From: an uncultured Chloroflexia bacterium
Lineage (GTDB): Bacteria > Chloroflexota > Limnocylindria > Limnocylindrales > CSP1-4
Length of the DNA stretch: 64,000 bases
Direction of reading: 5' to 3'
Assembly (NCBI GenBank): GCA_963713975.1
Contig: OY970218.1
Coordinates: forward strand, 1,280,001 to 1,344,000
The position numbers were made by a program, and so were the translations under genes. Shown here one piece after another: positions 47,587 to 57,811 of the stretch (within the stretch, counting starts at the first letter, position 1; every line of letters begins with the position of its first letter). The notes under the pieces are model-generated. The model ran no database searches. It saw only the letters and a list, made by a program, of their open reading frames with translations, and had not been told where the DNA came from.

Positions 47587-48718
47587 GTGGCGGACACGAC
47601 CAGCCTCGATGTGAAGCTCGCCGGGCTTGCCCGGCAGTACGACGACGTCGGCCGCCAGCTGGGCACGCCCGAGGTCCTCTCGGACCCGGACCAGCTCCGC
47701 CGGCTCGGCCGTGAGCTCGCCCGCCTCGAACCGGTCGTGGCCGCGTACCGCGAGCTGGGTGACGTCCGAGCGCAGCTCGATGGCGCGCGCCAGCTCCTCC
47801 ACGCCGAGTCCGACGAGGAGATGCGTGCGATGGCCCGCGAGGAGGTCGTGGCGCTCGAGGCCCGGGAGACGACGCTGATCGAGGATCTGAAGGTCGCGCT
47901 CATCCCGCGTGACCCCAACGACGATCGCAACGTCATCGTGGAGATCCGGGCCGGCGCCGGGGGCGAGGAGGCCGCGCTGTTCGCGGGCGAGCTCCTGCGG
48001 ATGTACTCGCGCTACGCGCAGGAGCACCGGTTCCGGACCGACCTGATGAGCCTCAACGAGACCGGCATCGGCGGCATCAAGGAGGCGATCCTCGAGGTGG
48101 CCGGCGACGGTGCCTACAGCCGGCTCAAGTTCGAGGGCGGCGTCCATCGCGTGCAGCGCGTGCCGTCCACGGAGTCCAGCGGGCGGATCCACACCAGCAC
48201 CGCGACCGTCATCGTCCTGCCCGAGGTGGACGAGGTCGAGGTGGCGATCGACGAGACACGGGACCTCCGGATCGACGTCAAGCGCGCCTCGGGCCCGGGC
48301 GGCCAGTCGGTCAACACCACCGATTTCGGCCGTGCGGATCACCCACCTGCCCACGGGCCTCGTGGTCGAGATCCAGGACGAGAAGAGCCAGCACAAGAAC
48401 AAGGCCAAGGCGCTGTCGGTCCTCCGCTCGCGCCTGTACGACCTGGAGCTGGCGAAGCAGCGCGAGGCGCAGAGCGTCGAGCGGCGGACGATGGTCCAGG
48501 CAGGGGACCGGTCCGAGAAGATCCGGACCTACAACTTCCCCGACAACCGGGTGACGGACCACCGGATCGGCACGACGATCCACAACGTCCCCGGCGTCCT
48601 CGAGGGCCAGCTGGATCCGCTCATCGATGCCCTCGTAATGGCGGACCAGGCGGACCGTCTGCGCAACCTCACGGAGTCCGACGATGGCACGGATGCCGGC
48701 GCTGCCGCCCGATCCTGA
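47587..48718 (+). CDS. prfA: Peptide chain release factor 1 (+1 frameshift at 48324-48326)
   Basis: [12 protein letters not shown] (PxT), [11 protein letters not shown], then [11 protein letters not shown]...[10 protein letters not shown] continues in the next frame. Confidence 0.93.
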
Positions 48719-48745
48719 GCGGCCCGCCGTCCGGTCGTGGACGGC

Positions 48746-49675
48746 ATGAGCGGCACGGCCCTCACCGTCTCCGAGCTGGTCCGCCGCGGGGCCGAGCGCC
48801 TGGCCGCCGCCGGCATCGAATCCGCGCGCCTGGACGCCGAGCTGCTGATGGGGTTCGCCCTGGGGATCAGCCGGGCCGGGGTCCTGGCCCACCCGGATGG
48901 GCCGGCACCGGGAGCCGCGGCCCTGGCGTTCGAGGGCTACATCGACCGCCGGGAACTCGGCGAACCCGTGGCGTACATCCGCGGCTTCCGCGAGTTCCAC
49001 GGCCAGGCGATCTTCACGGACCGTCGGGCGCTCATCCCGCGACCCGAGACGGAGCTCCTCGTGGACGAGGCGCTGGCCGCGGTGGTCGGCCGCCTGACGG
49101 CCGCACCACGCCCCGCGGGCTCACCGCCCCTGCGCGTCGCCGATGTCGGGACGGGGAGCGGGGCGATCGCCGTGGCGCTCATCGCGGCGCTGCGGAGGCG
49201 GCGCATGGATGAGCACGTGATCATCGTCGCGGTGGACATCAGCGGCGACGCCCTGGACCTGGCGCGCGAGAATGCCGCGGGTCACGGCGTCGCGGACCGG
49301 ATGCGCTTCCGTGAGGGGGACCTGCTCCCCGTCGGTGACGAGCCCTACGCCGTGATCTGCGCCAACCTCCCGTACGTGGCGACAGCGGCGTTGGACGGGC
49401 TCGAGAAGGACCTCTCGTTCGAGCCGCGCCTCGCCCTGGACGGCGGGCCCGACGGGCTGGACGAGATCCGACGGCTGATGGAGCGGCTGCCGAAGGTCAT
49501 CAAGGACGACGGCATCGCCCTGTTCGAGATCGGCTTCGACCAGGCGGATGCCATCCTCGTGGCGGTCGGGGAGCTGCTGCCGGGCTGGCGCTGTGCCGTC
49601 CAGGCCGACCTGGCCGGTCTGCCCCGCCTCGCGCGCATCGAGCCACCGCCCCTCGCGGGAACGCCCCGCGCGTGA
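48746..49675 (+). CDS. prmC: Release factor glutamine methyltransferase
   Basis: LIPRPETE, DVGTGSGAI, NLPY. Confidence 0.93.
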   Translation: MSGTALTVSELVRRGAERLAAAGIESARLDAELLMGFALGISRAGVLAHPDGPAPGAAALAFEGYIDRRELGEPVAYIRGFREFHGQAIFTDRRALIPRPETELLVDEALAAVVGRLTAAPRPAGSPPLRVADVGTGSGAIAVALIAALRRRRMDEHVIIVAVDISGDALDLARENAAGHGVADRMRFREGDLLPVGDEPYAVICANLPYVATAALDGLEKDLSFEPRLALDGGPDGLDEIRRLMERLPKVIKDDGIALFEIGFDQADAILVAVGELLPGWRCAVQADLAGLPRLARIEPPPLAGTPRA

Positions 49676-50643
49676 GGGACCACCGACCGCGCGTTCCGCC
49701 GGAGCCGGCATTCCCGGTGCGCATGATCGCACTCGATATCGACGGCACCCTGGTCGGATCGGACATGCAGCTCTCGGAGCGGACGGTCGATGCCATCGGC
49801 GAGGCGGTCCGGCGCGGCGTCAAGGTCAGCCTGGCGACCGGACGGATGCCCTCATCCGCGGTCGTGTTCGCCAACCGCCTGGGCCTCGTCGAGCCGATCG
49901 TGGGCCACCAGGGAGCGGTGGTTCGCGCCATGCCGGGCGAGGAAGCCCGTGGCGACCTGGGGCTGCCGCCGTCCCGCGGCCGCATCGGGCGGATCCTGTC
50001 GCACCAGCCGCTGGCACCGGACGTGATGGCGGACGCGGTGCGCTGGTGCTTTGCCAACGGCCTCAACCCGCATCTCAACCACCTGGAGCGGATGATCGTC
50101 CAGGAGGGCGATCCGAACGTCGCCGACTACTCCGTGTACCTGGGCCGCGATGCCGAGACGGTGCCGGACCTCATCCGGGACATCCGGACGCCCGTGTCCA
50201 AGCTCATCTCGGTGGGGGAGCCAGGGCGGCCGATGGCGCTGATCGAGGAAGCCCGCCGGCTGTTCGCGGGCCGGGCGAGCCCCACGGTCTCGCACCCGCG
50301 GTTCCTGGAGTTCGTGGCGCCGGGCGTGTCCAAGGGGCGGGCCGTGGCCTGGCTCGCGCACCGCGCCGGCGTCCCCATGGGGCAGGTGCTGGCGATGGGC
50401 GATGCGCTCAACGACGTGGAGATGATCGAGGACGCCGGCCACGGGGCGGCCATGGCGACGGCACCCGCGGAGGTCCGCCTCGCGGCCCGTTACATCGCGG
50501 CCCCGGTAGCCTCCGACGGGGCGGCCGAGATGATCGAGTCGCTGGTCCTGGCCCCGCCCGCGGAGGCAGCCCGCAACGCGGAACGCCTGGCCGAGGAGGC
50601 GCGGGACCACCAGGCGGCGCTCCGCGAAGGGGCTGCCAGATGA
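49672..50643 (+). CDS. Cof-type HAD-IIB hydrolase
   Basis: DIDGTL, ATGR, SKG, GDALNDVEM. Confidence 0.9.
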   Translation: MRDHRPRVPPEPAFPVRMIALDIDGTLVGSDMQLSERTVDAIGEAVRRGVKVSLATGRMPSSAVVFANRLGLVEPIVGHQGAVVRAMPGEEARGDLGLPPSRGRIGRILSHQPLAPDVMADAVRWCFANGLNPHLNHLERMIVQEGDPNVADYSVYLGRDAETVPDLIRDIRTPVSKLISVGEPGRPMALIEEARRLFAGRASPTVSHPRFLEFVAPGVSKGRAVAWLAHRAGVPMGQVLAMGDALNDVEMIEDAGHGAAMATAPAEVRLAARYIAAPVASDGAAEMIESLVLAPPAEAARNAERLAEEARDHQAALREGAAR

Positions 50644-51293
50644 GCAACGCCCCGATCGTGGCCGACGGCGACGCGGTGCGAGCCGAGGCCGTGGAGCTCC
50701 TGCGCGCCGGCCGGATCGTCGCCCTGCCCACGGACACGGTGTATGGCATCGCGGCGGACCTCGCGCTGCCGGATGCCATCGAGCGGCTGTTCGCCGCCAA
50801 GCATCGGCCGCCCGAGAAGGCGGTCGCGGTGCTGCTGGCGGACCTGGAGCAGGCGTGGACGCTGGGCGAGATGACGCCGCACGCGAAGGTGCTGGGCGAG
50901 CGCTTCTGGCCGGGCGGCCTGACCCTCGTCCTGCGCGTGCTGCCGACTGCCGTCCTGCCGCGGGTCCTGGCCTCTGGCCTGCCGACCATCGGCGCCCGGG
51001 TGCCCGATCATCCCGCACCACGTGCGCTTGCCCGCGCGCTCGGCCCCCTGCCGACCACGTCGGCGAACCTCACCGGAGAGCCGGACGCCCGAGATGCCGC
51101 GGAGGTGGCCGTACGCCTGGGTGACGCCGTCGCCCTGGTGATCGACGGCGGTCCGATTTCCGGTGGGCCCGCGTCGACCGTCGTCGACTGCACGCTCGAC
51201 CTCCCGGTGATCCTGCGGCAGGGCGCGATCCCGGCAGGGCGGATCGCCGAGGCGCTGCAGGAGGCCGGGCTCCACCACGCGATCGAGTCCTAG
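50640..51293 (+). CDS. tsaC: L-threonylcarbamoyladenylate synthase (TsaC/Sua5)
   Basis: PTDTVYG, KHR, WPGGLT, TTSAN, STVVD. Confidence 0.92.
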   Translation: MSNAPIVADGDAVRAEAVELLRAGRIVALPTDTVYGIAADLALPDAIERLFAAKHRPPEKAVAVLLADLEQAWTLGEMTPHAKVLGERFWPGGLTLVLRVLPTAVLPRVLASGLPTIGARVPDHPAPRALARALGPLPTTSANLTGEPDARDAAEVAVRLGDAVALVIDGGPISGGPASTVVDCTLDLPVILRQGAIPAGRIAEALQEAGLHHAIES

Positions 51294-51416
51294 CTCCGCG
51301 GCTCGCCGCCAACCCTCCCCCCTTAGCGGTAGCGGCGCAGGCCCCGGAGCCCCGCCACCGCGAGGCGTGGGAGAATAGGCTCCCGAATCCGTTCGTCCAC
51401 GCCAGGAGGTCCCGCC

Positions 51417-52754
51417 GTGTCCCAGGCCGCCGTGCCGTCCGCCGCTTGGGCGTCCATCGCCGAGGTGGACCCGGAAGTGTGGGCCGCGATGGAGGCGGAG
51501 CGGCATCGCCAGGCCGACAAGATCGAGCTGATCGCCAGCGAGAACTACGTGTACTCCGCGGTCGAGGAGGCGCAGGGCTCGTGGCTCACGAACAAGTACG
51601 CGGAGGGCCTCCCCGGCAGGCGCTACTACGGCGGCTGCGAGCACGTGGACGTCGCGGAGAACCTGGCCCGGGACCGTGCGCTCGCCCTGTTCCCGGGCAG
51701 CGAGCACGTCAACGTCCAGCCCCACTCGGGCGCGCAGGCCAACATGGCCGCCTACTTCTCGGTCCTGCGGCCCGGTGACCGGATCCTGGGCATGAGCCTC
51801 GCGCACGGGGGCCACCTCACGCACGGGTCGCCGGTCAACTTCTCCGGACGGCTCTACGAGGTTCACGCGTACGGTGTCGACCGCGACACCGAGCGGATCG
51901 ACTACGACGTCCTCGAGGCCCAGGCGCAAGAGGTCCGGCCGAAGCTGGTCGTTGCCGGTGCGTCCGCCTATCCGCGCACCTGGGACTTCGAGCGGCTCGC
52001 CGCCATCGCCCATAGTGTCGGAGCCATGCTGCTCGTGGACATGGCTCACTTCGCGGGGCTCGTGGCAGCCGGCCTCCATCCGAGCCCCTTTCCACATGCC
52101 GACCTGGTGACGACGACCACCCACAAGACCCTGCGCGGACCGCGCGGCGGCCTGGTGTTCGCCCGGTCGAACCTGCCCGAGGGCGTGGACCCGGCAGACT
52201 TCCCGGCGCTGGGCCGGAACACGCTGGCCCAGGCGATCGACAAGAGCGTCTTCCCGGGCGTACAGGGTGGGCCCCTCATGCACGTCGTGGCCGCCAAGGC
52301 CGTCGCGCTCCGCCTCGCTGCGACCGAGGACTTCCGCCGCGACCAGGCACGCACCATCGAGAATGCCCAGGTCCTGGCCGAGACGATGGCGGCGGCGGGC
52401 GCGCGACTCGTGAGCGGCGGCACGGACAATCATCTCGCCCTCGTGGACGTGACGCCGCTGGGCGTCACCGGGCGCGAGGCGGAGGCGCTCCTCGACGACG
52501 TGGCGATCACGGTCAACAAGAACGCCATCCCGTTCGACGTCAACAAGCCGAACATCGCCTCGGGGATCCGGATTGGCACGCCCGCCACCACCACGCGGGG
52601 CATGGGTCCCGACGAGATGCGGAAGATCGGCGGCTGGGTCGTGGAGGCGCTGCGGGACCGCGATGAGGCCGGGGTTCACGACCGGATCCGCGCCGGCGTC
52701 CGGGAGCTCGTGAGCAGGTTCCCCGTTCCCGGCCTCCCGCGCGACCGCGCCTAG
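51417..52754 (+). CDS. glyA: Serine hydroxymethyltransferase
   Basis: [32 protein letters not shown]. Confidence 0.97.
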   Translation: MSQAAVPSAAWASIAEVDPEVWAAMEAERHRQADKIELIASENYVYSAVEEAQGSWLTNKYAEGLPGRRYYGGCEHVDVAENLARDRALALFPGSEHVNVQPHSGAQANMAAYFSVLRPGDRILGMSLAHGGHLTHGSPVNFSGRLYEVHAYGVDRDTERIDYDVLEAQAQEVRPKLVVAGASAYPRTWDFERLAAIAHSVGAMLLVDMAHFAGLVAAGLHPSPFPHADLVTTTTHKTLRGPRGGLVFARSNLPEGVDPADFPALGRNTLAQAIDKSVFPGVQGGPLMHVVAAKAVALRLAATEDFRRDQARTIENAQVLAETMAAAGARLVSGGTDNHLALVDVTPLGVTGREAEALLDDVAITVNKNAIPFDVNKPNIASGIRIGTPATTTRGMGPDEMRKIGGWVVEALRDRDEAGVHDRIRAGVRELVSRFPVPGLPRDRA

Positions 52755-52767
52755 GAGCGGACAGGCC

Positions 52768-53889
52768 ATGCGGCTGATCCCGATGTTCGGCGAGATCCTG
52801 CCGTCCCTCCTCGCCGCGTTCATCGTCGCAGCCCTGCTGTCCCTCGTCCTCACCCCGCTCGTCCGCCGGGTCGCCGTCAGGCTCGGCAACATCGACCAGC
52901 CGGACGCCCGCCGGGTCAACAAGGCGCCGATCCCGAGGGGTGGAGGTGTCGCCGTCGCCGTCTCGTTCCTGGTCGTGGTGGTCGCCGGGATCGCGATCAA
53001 CAGCCAGACGGGTGACGTGCCCGCGCCGCGGATCCTCAATCCCTACGAGCTCGCGGCGCTCATCGCCGGCGGGGCGGTGGCGACCGTGCTCGGTGTCCTC
53101 GACGACACGTTCCAGCTGCGGGCCCGGTGGCAGCTCCTGGGGCAGCTCCTGCTCGCGGTGATCGCCGTGAGCGCGGGCATCCTCGTGACCTACATCAACA
53201 ACCCGTTCGGACCCGGGTCCATCAGCCTGACGGGGCCGTATGCGATCGGCTTCACGATGCTGTGGATCGTGGGGATGATCAACAGCATCAACTTCATCGA
53301 TGGCCTGGACGGGCTCTCGACCGGCATCTCCCTGATCGCTTCCGCGACGCTCGGCCTGATCTCGCTGACCACCGCCGTCGCGCAGCCATTCATCGCGGTC
53401 CTGTGCTTCGCCCTCGCCGGGTCTCTGCTCGGGTTCCTGCGCTGGAACTTCCACCCAGCGACGATCTTCATCGGCACCAGCGGGGTGATGTTCGTGGGCT
53501 ACACGCTGGCCGTGCTGTCGATCCTGGGTACGGCCAAGGTCGCCGTTGCGCTGCTGGTCCTGGGCGTGCCCATCATCGACACGTTCTGGATCATCGTCCG
53601 CCGCACCGCCACCGGCCGCTCGCCGTTCACGCCTGACCGGGGCCACATCCACCACCGGCTGCTGGACCTGGGGCTGTCGCACAGCCAGACCGTGCTGGTC
53701 ATCTACGGCCTGTGCATCGCGCTGGCGGTGATGTCCCTGGTGCTGTCCGGGACCGGCCAGCTGTACGCGTTCATGGGCCTGGCCCTCGTGTTCGGCCTGG
53801 TGCTGTTCGTGGTCACGCGTGGCGAGACCGGTGACGCTCTCGAGGCCGAGACCTACGACGAGGTGCCTCCGTCGAGGCCGGCGCCGTGA
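52768..53889 (+). CDS. WecA/TagO-like polyprenyl-phosphate GlcNAc-1-phosphate transferase
   Basis: GVLDD, NFIDGLDGL, PDRGHIHHRL. Confidence 0.9.
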   Translation: MRLIPMFGEILPSLLAAFIVAALLSLVLTPLVRRVAVRLGNIDQPDARRVNKAPIPRGGGVAVAVSFLVVVVAGIAINSQTGDVPAPRILNPYELAALIAGGAVATVLGVLDDTFQLRARWQLLGQLLLAVIAVSAGILVTYINNPFGPGSISLTGPYAIGFTMLWIVGMINSINFIDGLDGLSTGISLIASATLGLISLTTAVAQPFIAVLCFALAGSLLGFLRWNFHPATIFIGTSGVMFVGYTLAVLSILGTAKVAVALLVLGVPIIDTFWIIVRRTATGRSPFTPDRGHIHHRLLDLGLSHSQTVLVIYGLCIALAVMSLVLSGTGQLYAFMGLALVFGLVLFVVTRGETGDALEAETYDEVPPSRPAP

Positions 53890-53980
53890 TCCCGCGCGGT
53901 CCGCGAGTGGGCCGGGTTTGCGGGTCATCCGGTGCTAGCATCCATGCGCCGGGCCGCGCTCGACGGCGGCGTGAGGGGCA

Positions 53981-54985
53981 ATGTCGCTGATCCAGGCGCT
54001 CATCATCGTCATCGCTGCGCTGCTGGTGGTCGCAGTGCTAGCGGTGCTGCTCCGCAGGCGTCGGCGGCGCCAGGAAGTGGAGGCCGCGGCCGCGGCCGCC
54101 TCGGCCTTCCCGATGCTGACCGAGGCCGACATCTCGTATCGGATCGGGTTGGCCGAACGACCGCCCGGAGCCGAAGCCGGCGAGGGCTCCGCTGCGATCG
54201 ACGAGGAGGACACGCGGGCCGCGGCCGCGTTCGCTGCTGCTGCCGCAACCGCCAAGGCCCGGGCGGCCGCCTCGATGGCCGGCCCGAGTCCGGCGAGCGT
54301 ACTGCCAATCACGCCGCCGGCCGTCACCGCACCGGTCAGTGCAGGCGCGGTGAGGGCCGTGGCTCCGGCGCCCGAGCCACCGCCGGTCTCGACTCGATAC
54401 CGGCTCTGGCGCGATTCGGCGGCCGTCCTGCTTGTGGCGTGCGTGGCGGTGCTCGCCGTCACCACCTTCGTGCCGGCCCTCTCGGCCAAGCCCGGCCCGA
54501 CCGCCGGCCCATCGGCGATCGCCGTGCTCGAGGCGCCATCGCCCAGCCCCACGCCGACCGCGGCACCGACGCCTACCGTGACGCCCAGCCCGTCGCCGTC
54601 CCCCAGCCCCTCGCCCACGCCCACCGCGACGGCATCCCCGACCCCCAAGCCGACCCCCAAGCCGACCCCCAAGCCGACCCCCAAGCCGACCCCCAAGCCG
54701 ACCCCCAAGCCAACCCGCAAGCCCACGCCCAAGCCCACCCCCAAGCCGGCGGTGGCCAGGATCACGAGCAAGGTCTGCACGGGCACGGCCAAGTGGACCC
54801 TGAGTGCGAAGGCCTCCAGTGGCTGGACGTACTCGTGGAACTTCGACGGGATCATCAAGCGCGGCCAGACGGTCTCGAATGCCGCATGGTCGGGTCCGGG
54901 AGATCACACCGTGATCCTCACTGTGACCAGTACGCACGGCCCGGTGGCGCACGCATACACGGACGTCACGACCCCCTGCCCCTAG
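53981..54985 (+). CDS. Membrane-anchored Pro/Thr-rich protein with C-terminal PKD-like beta domain
   Basis: Two TM segments, (PTPK)n stalk, YSWNFDG...[10 protein letters not shown]. Confidence 0.65.
   Translation: MSLIQALIIVIAALLVVAVLAVLLRRRRRRQEVEAAAAAASAFPMLTEADISYRIGLAERPPGAEAGEGSAAIDEEDTRAAAAFAAAAATAKARAAASMAGPSPASVLPITPPAVTAPVSAGAVRAVAPAPEPPPVSTRYRLWRDSAAVLLVACVAVLAVTTFVPALSAKPGPTAGPSAIAVLEAPSPSPTPTAAPTPTVTPSPSPSPSPSPTPTATASPTPKPTPKPTPKPTPKPTPKPTPKPTRKPTPKPTPKPAVARITSKVCTGTAKWTLSAKASSGWTYSWNFDGIIKRGQTVSNAAWSGPGDHTVILTVTSTHGPVAHAYTDVTTPCP
54638..54745 (+). repeat. 12-bp coding minisatellite (CCGACCCCCAAG)x6 plus 3 degenerate units
   Basis: Read directly from the sequence; encodes PTPK. 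Confidence 0.9.
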
Positions 54986-55066
54986 CCTTGGAACCGAACC
55001 CGGATCGCTCCGTTTCGGACCCCCTGTACCCTCTGGTATAGTCACTCGCGCGGTGAACGATCGCCC

Positions 55067-55279
55067 ATGAACGCTGGTTTCGGATACCTCGCGCTGTTCT
55101 CCGAGATCGGCTTGGTCCTTCTTGTGACGACCCTCGCCGGCGTGGCGGCGGGCTACTGGCTGGACCAGCGGCTCGGAACGCAACCGCTATTCGTTCTCGT
55201 CGGCTTTCTCGCCGGCGCAGGGCTCGGAGCGGTCGCGATCCACCGCCTGGTAACGCGGTTCCTGAAGCGGTTGGATTGA
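55067..55279 (+). CDS. AtpZ/AtpI family protein
   Basis: GYWLDQRLGTQPLF; first gene of the atp operon. Confidence 0.8.
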   Translation: MNAGFGYLALFSEIGLVLLVTTLAGVAAGYWLDQRLGTQPLFVLVGFLAGAGLGAVAIHRLVTRFLKRLD

Positions 55280-55376
55280 CCGGCCACGGAACGGGCACGG
55301 ATGATGCGTGGCCGATGGCCGCGCCGCTGCTTGGAGGAATTGTGACGCGCGAAAGCTGGGTGGAGGAAGCGGGCCG

Positions 55377-56342
55377 ATGAGCCGTCGCAACCGCATCCTG
55401 TTGATGCTCGCGGCCGTCATCGTCATCGACGTCATCGCGTTCCTCGTCGTACCCCCGTACGACCCGCTGGCCGCGGAGGGCGCCGCGGCCGAGTGCGTCT
55501 ACCCGATCTGCTTCATCAACGGCAACCTCGAGCTGCCGGCGCCCCACGCCGTGATCCCGCCGGGCCACCACACGCCGCCGGGCCTCGTGGTCTTCGACGT
55601 GAGCATCTCCTCCACGCTGCTGACGCTTTGGATCGTGGCCGTCGTCGTGATCCTCTCGTTCTGGCTGATGACCCGGGGCGCGAAGATGGTCCCCACCGGC
55701 CGCCAGAACGTTGCCGAGTGGATCTTCGAGAGCCTGGAGAACTTCGCCATGTCGCTGGGCGGCCCGGGGGCGAAGCCCTACATCCCGCTGTTCGCGGCCT
55801 TCTTCCTCCTGATCCTGTTCAGCAACTGGTCCGGTCTCATCCCAGGCGTCGGACGGGTGATCTGGTTCCGCGCCCCCACCAGCGACGTGAACGTCACGAT
55901 CGGCCTCGCCCTGGTTGCGTTCTCCTTCTTCCAGTACCAGGGCTTCAAGCACCTGGGCGTGGGCTACCTCGGCAAGTTCTTCCCCGTGTACGAGTTCAAG
56001 AAGGGGATCGGGGCGGGACTCATCGCCATGTTCGTGGGCCTCGTGGAGCTGCTCCTTGAGTTCGTCAAGCCCGTCACGCTGTCGATGCGACTCTTCGGCA
56101 ACATCTACGGTGGCGAGGTCGCCCTCGGCGTCCTCACTGCTCTGACGGTGGCGCTTATCCCCCTCGCCATGTACGCCCTCGAGGTCATGCTGAACCTCGT
56201 CCAGGCGCTCATCTTCAGCACGCTCACACTCATGTTCACCTTGGCGGCGATCGAGCATCACGGCGACGAGCACGATGAGAAGCACGAGCCGCACCCCATT
56301 TCCGCGGATCCCGAGCTGGCGACAGCCGGGACCCACGGATAA
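55377..56342 (+). CDS. atpB: ATP synthase F0 subunit a
   Basis: PTSDVN, KPVTLSMRLFGNI, VQALIF. Confidence 0.95.
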   Translation: MSRRNRILLMLAAVIVIDVIAFLVVPPYDPLAAEGAAAECVYPICFINGNLELPAPHAVIPPGHHTPPGLVVFDVSISSTLLTLWIVAVVVILSFWLMTRGAKMVPTGRQNVAEWIFESLENFAMSLGGPGAKPYIPLFAAFFLLILFSNWSGLIPGVGRVIWFRAPTSDVNVTIGLALVAFSFFQYQGFKHLGVGYLGKFFPVYEFKKGIGAGLIAMFVGLVELLLEFVKPVTLSMRLFGNIYGGEVALGVLTALTVALIPLAMYALEVMLNLVQALIFSTLTLMFTLAAIEHHGDEHDEKHEPHPISADPELATAGTHG

Positions 56343-56393
56343 CCCAGGCACCTGAACCCGGCCAACCCCGGGTCGAATGGAGGGTCTCACTCG

Positions 56394-56606
56394 ATGGAAG
56401 CGATTGGCGCCGGCATCGCCGCTCTCGGCGTCCTTGGCCCCGGCATCGGCATCGGCATCCTCGCCGGCATGTCGAGCAGCGCAATTGGCCGCAACCCGGA
56501 TGCCGCAGGTCAGATCCGCGGTCTCGCCATCATCCTGGCGGCCTTCGCCGAGGGCCTTGGCGTGCTCGCGATCGTCGTCGGCCTCCTCGCGATCTTCGCC
56601 GCGTAG
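56394..56606 (+). CDS. atpE: ATP synthase F0 subunit c (H+ type)
   Basis: GxGxG, RNP loop, conserved Glu in FAEGL without the Na+ ligands. Confidence 0.95.
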   Translation: MEAIGAGIAALGVLGPGIGIGILAGMSSSAIGRNPDAAGQIRGLAIILAAFAEGLGVLAIVVGLLAIFAA

Positions 56607-56615
56607 TCGCCGGCC

Positions 56616-57191
56616 GTGAATATCCTCGCCCTCGTCCGTGATGGCGCCCGCCAGGTCGCTGCACTGTCCGCTGAGGGCGGTGGGGGGGCCTCGGAGCCGT
56701 TCCAGATCAACCTGTTCTGGATCATCGTCGCGGCGAGCACGTTCGTGCTGTTCTTCTTCCTGATCCGTGAGTTCGCGCTCGCGGGGCTACAGAAGACCCT
56801 GAACGAGCGCCGCGAGCGCATCGAGCAGGGGCTCAAGGACGCGGAACAGGCCCGCAGGGATCGTGAGTCGGCGGAGCAGGAGCGGCTGGCCGCCGTCCAG
56901 GAGGCCCGCCGCGAGGCGAACGAGATCATCAACCGCGCCCAGAAGGTGGCGTCGGAGACGCGCGAACAGGACATCGCGGCCACCCGCGAGGAGCTGACGC
57001 GCATGAAGGAGCGTGCCGCCGCCGAGATCGACGCCGAGAAGCAGCGCGCCATCGCCGAGCTGCGCGGTGAGGTCACGGACCTCGCGCTCGCGGCCGCCGG
57101 GCGCGTCGTCGGCGATGCGATGACGTCCGATCGCCAGCGCAAGCTGGTCGCGGACTTCCTCGCCGAGCCCACCGGCGGTTCCAACAACTGA
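56616..57191 (+). CDS. atpF: ATP synthase F0 subunit b
   Basis: TM followed by LNERRERI coiled coil. Confidence 0.93.
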   Translation: MNILALVRDGARQVAALSAEGGGGASEPFQINLFWIIVAASTFVLFFFLIREFALAGLQKTLNERRERIEQGLKDAEQARRDRESAEQERLAAVQEARREANEIINRAQKVASETREQDIAATREELTRMKERAAAEIDAEKQRAIAELRGEVTDLALAAAGRVVGDAMTSDRQRKLVADFLAEPTGGSNN

Positions 57192-57742
57192 TGAGCCGCA
57201 CCGTCGCTGCAGCGCGCCGCTACGCGGAGGCCGCCTTCCAAGTGGCCCTCGCCGAAGGCCGCCTCGACGGCTGGCAGTCGGACCTCGCCACCGCGGTGGC
57301 GCTGCTGGGTCGGCCCGATGTCGAGCCGATCGTGCACAGCCCCGCCATCCCGCTCACGGAGCGGGTGGGGGTCGTGCGCGAGCTCCTGGAGCCACGGATC
57401 GCCCGTGGCCCACTGCGCCTGGTCACGCTCGTCGTGGAGCGAGGCAAGGTGCATGCCCTGCCACGCATCAGCGAGGAGTACACGCGCCTGCTCAACGCCC
57501 ACAACGGTGTGGTCACGGCGACGGTCACCAGCGCCGTGCCGCTCACCCCAGACGAGACCGCCGCGATCCGGAGCCGGGTCGAGGCGATGGCCGGTTCCCG
57601 GATCGACCTCCGTGAGGAGATCGATCCCGCCCTCATCGGCGGGCTCACGATCCAGGTCCGCGACCGGCTCCTCGACGCCTCGATTCGCGGCCGCCTCGAG
57701 CGGCTGCGCGACCAGCTTCACGCGGGGGGACGCCTCCGCTAG
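57191..57742 (+). CDS. atpH: ATP synthase F1 subunit delta
   Basis: ARRYAEA, DPALIGG, DASIRGRL. Confidence 0.95.
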   Translation: MSRTVAAARRYAEAAFQVALAEGRLDGWQSDLATAVALLGRPDVEPIVHSPAIPLTERVGVVRELLEPRIARGPLRLVTLVVERGKVHALPRISEEYTRLLNAHNGVVTATVTSAVPLTPDETAAIRSRVEAMAGSRIDLREEIDPALIGGLTIQVRDRLLDASIRGRLERLRDQLHAGGRLR

Positions 57743-57811
57743 CCCCCCGCCCGCGTCGCCGGTCACGAGCCGGCGCGAACGGGAGCCTGCGAACGCCCAC
57801 ACGGAGACGCC

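Noticed and set aside
56394-56606. Na+-translocating ATP synthase
   Set aside because: The c subunit lacks the Gln and Glu-Ser/Thr Na+ signature
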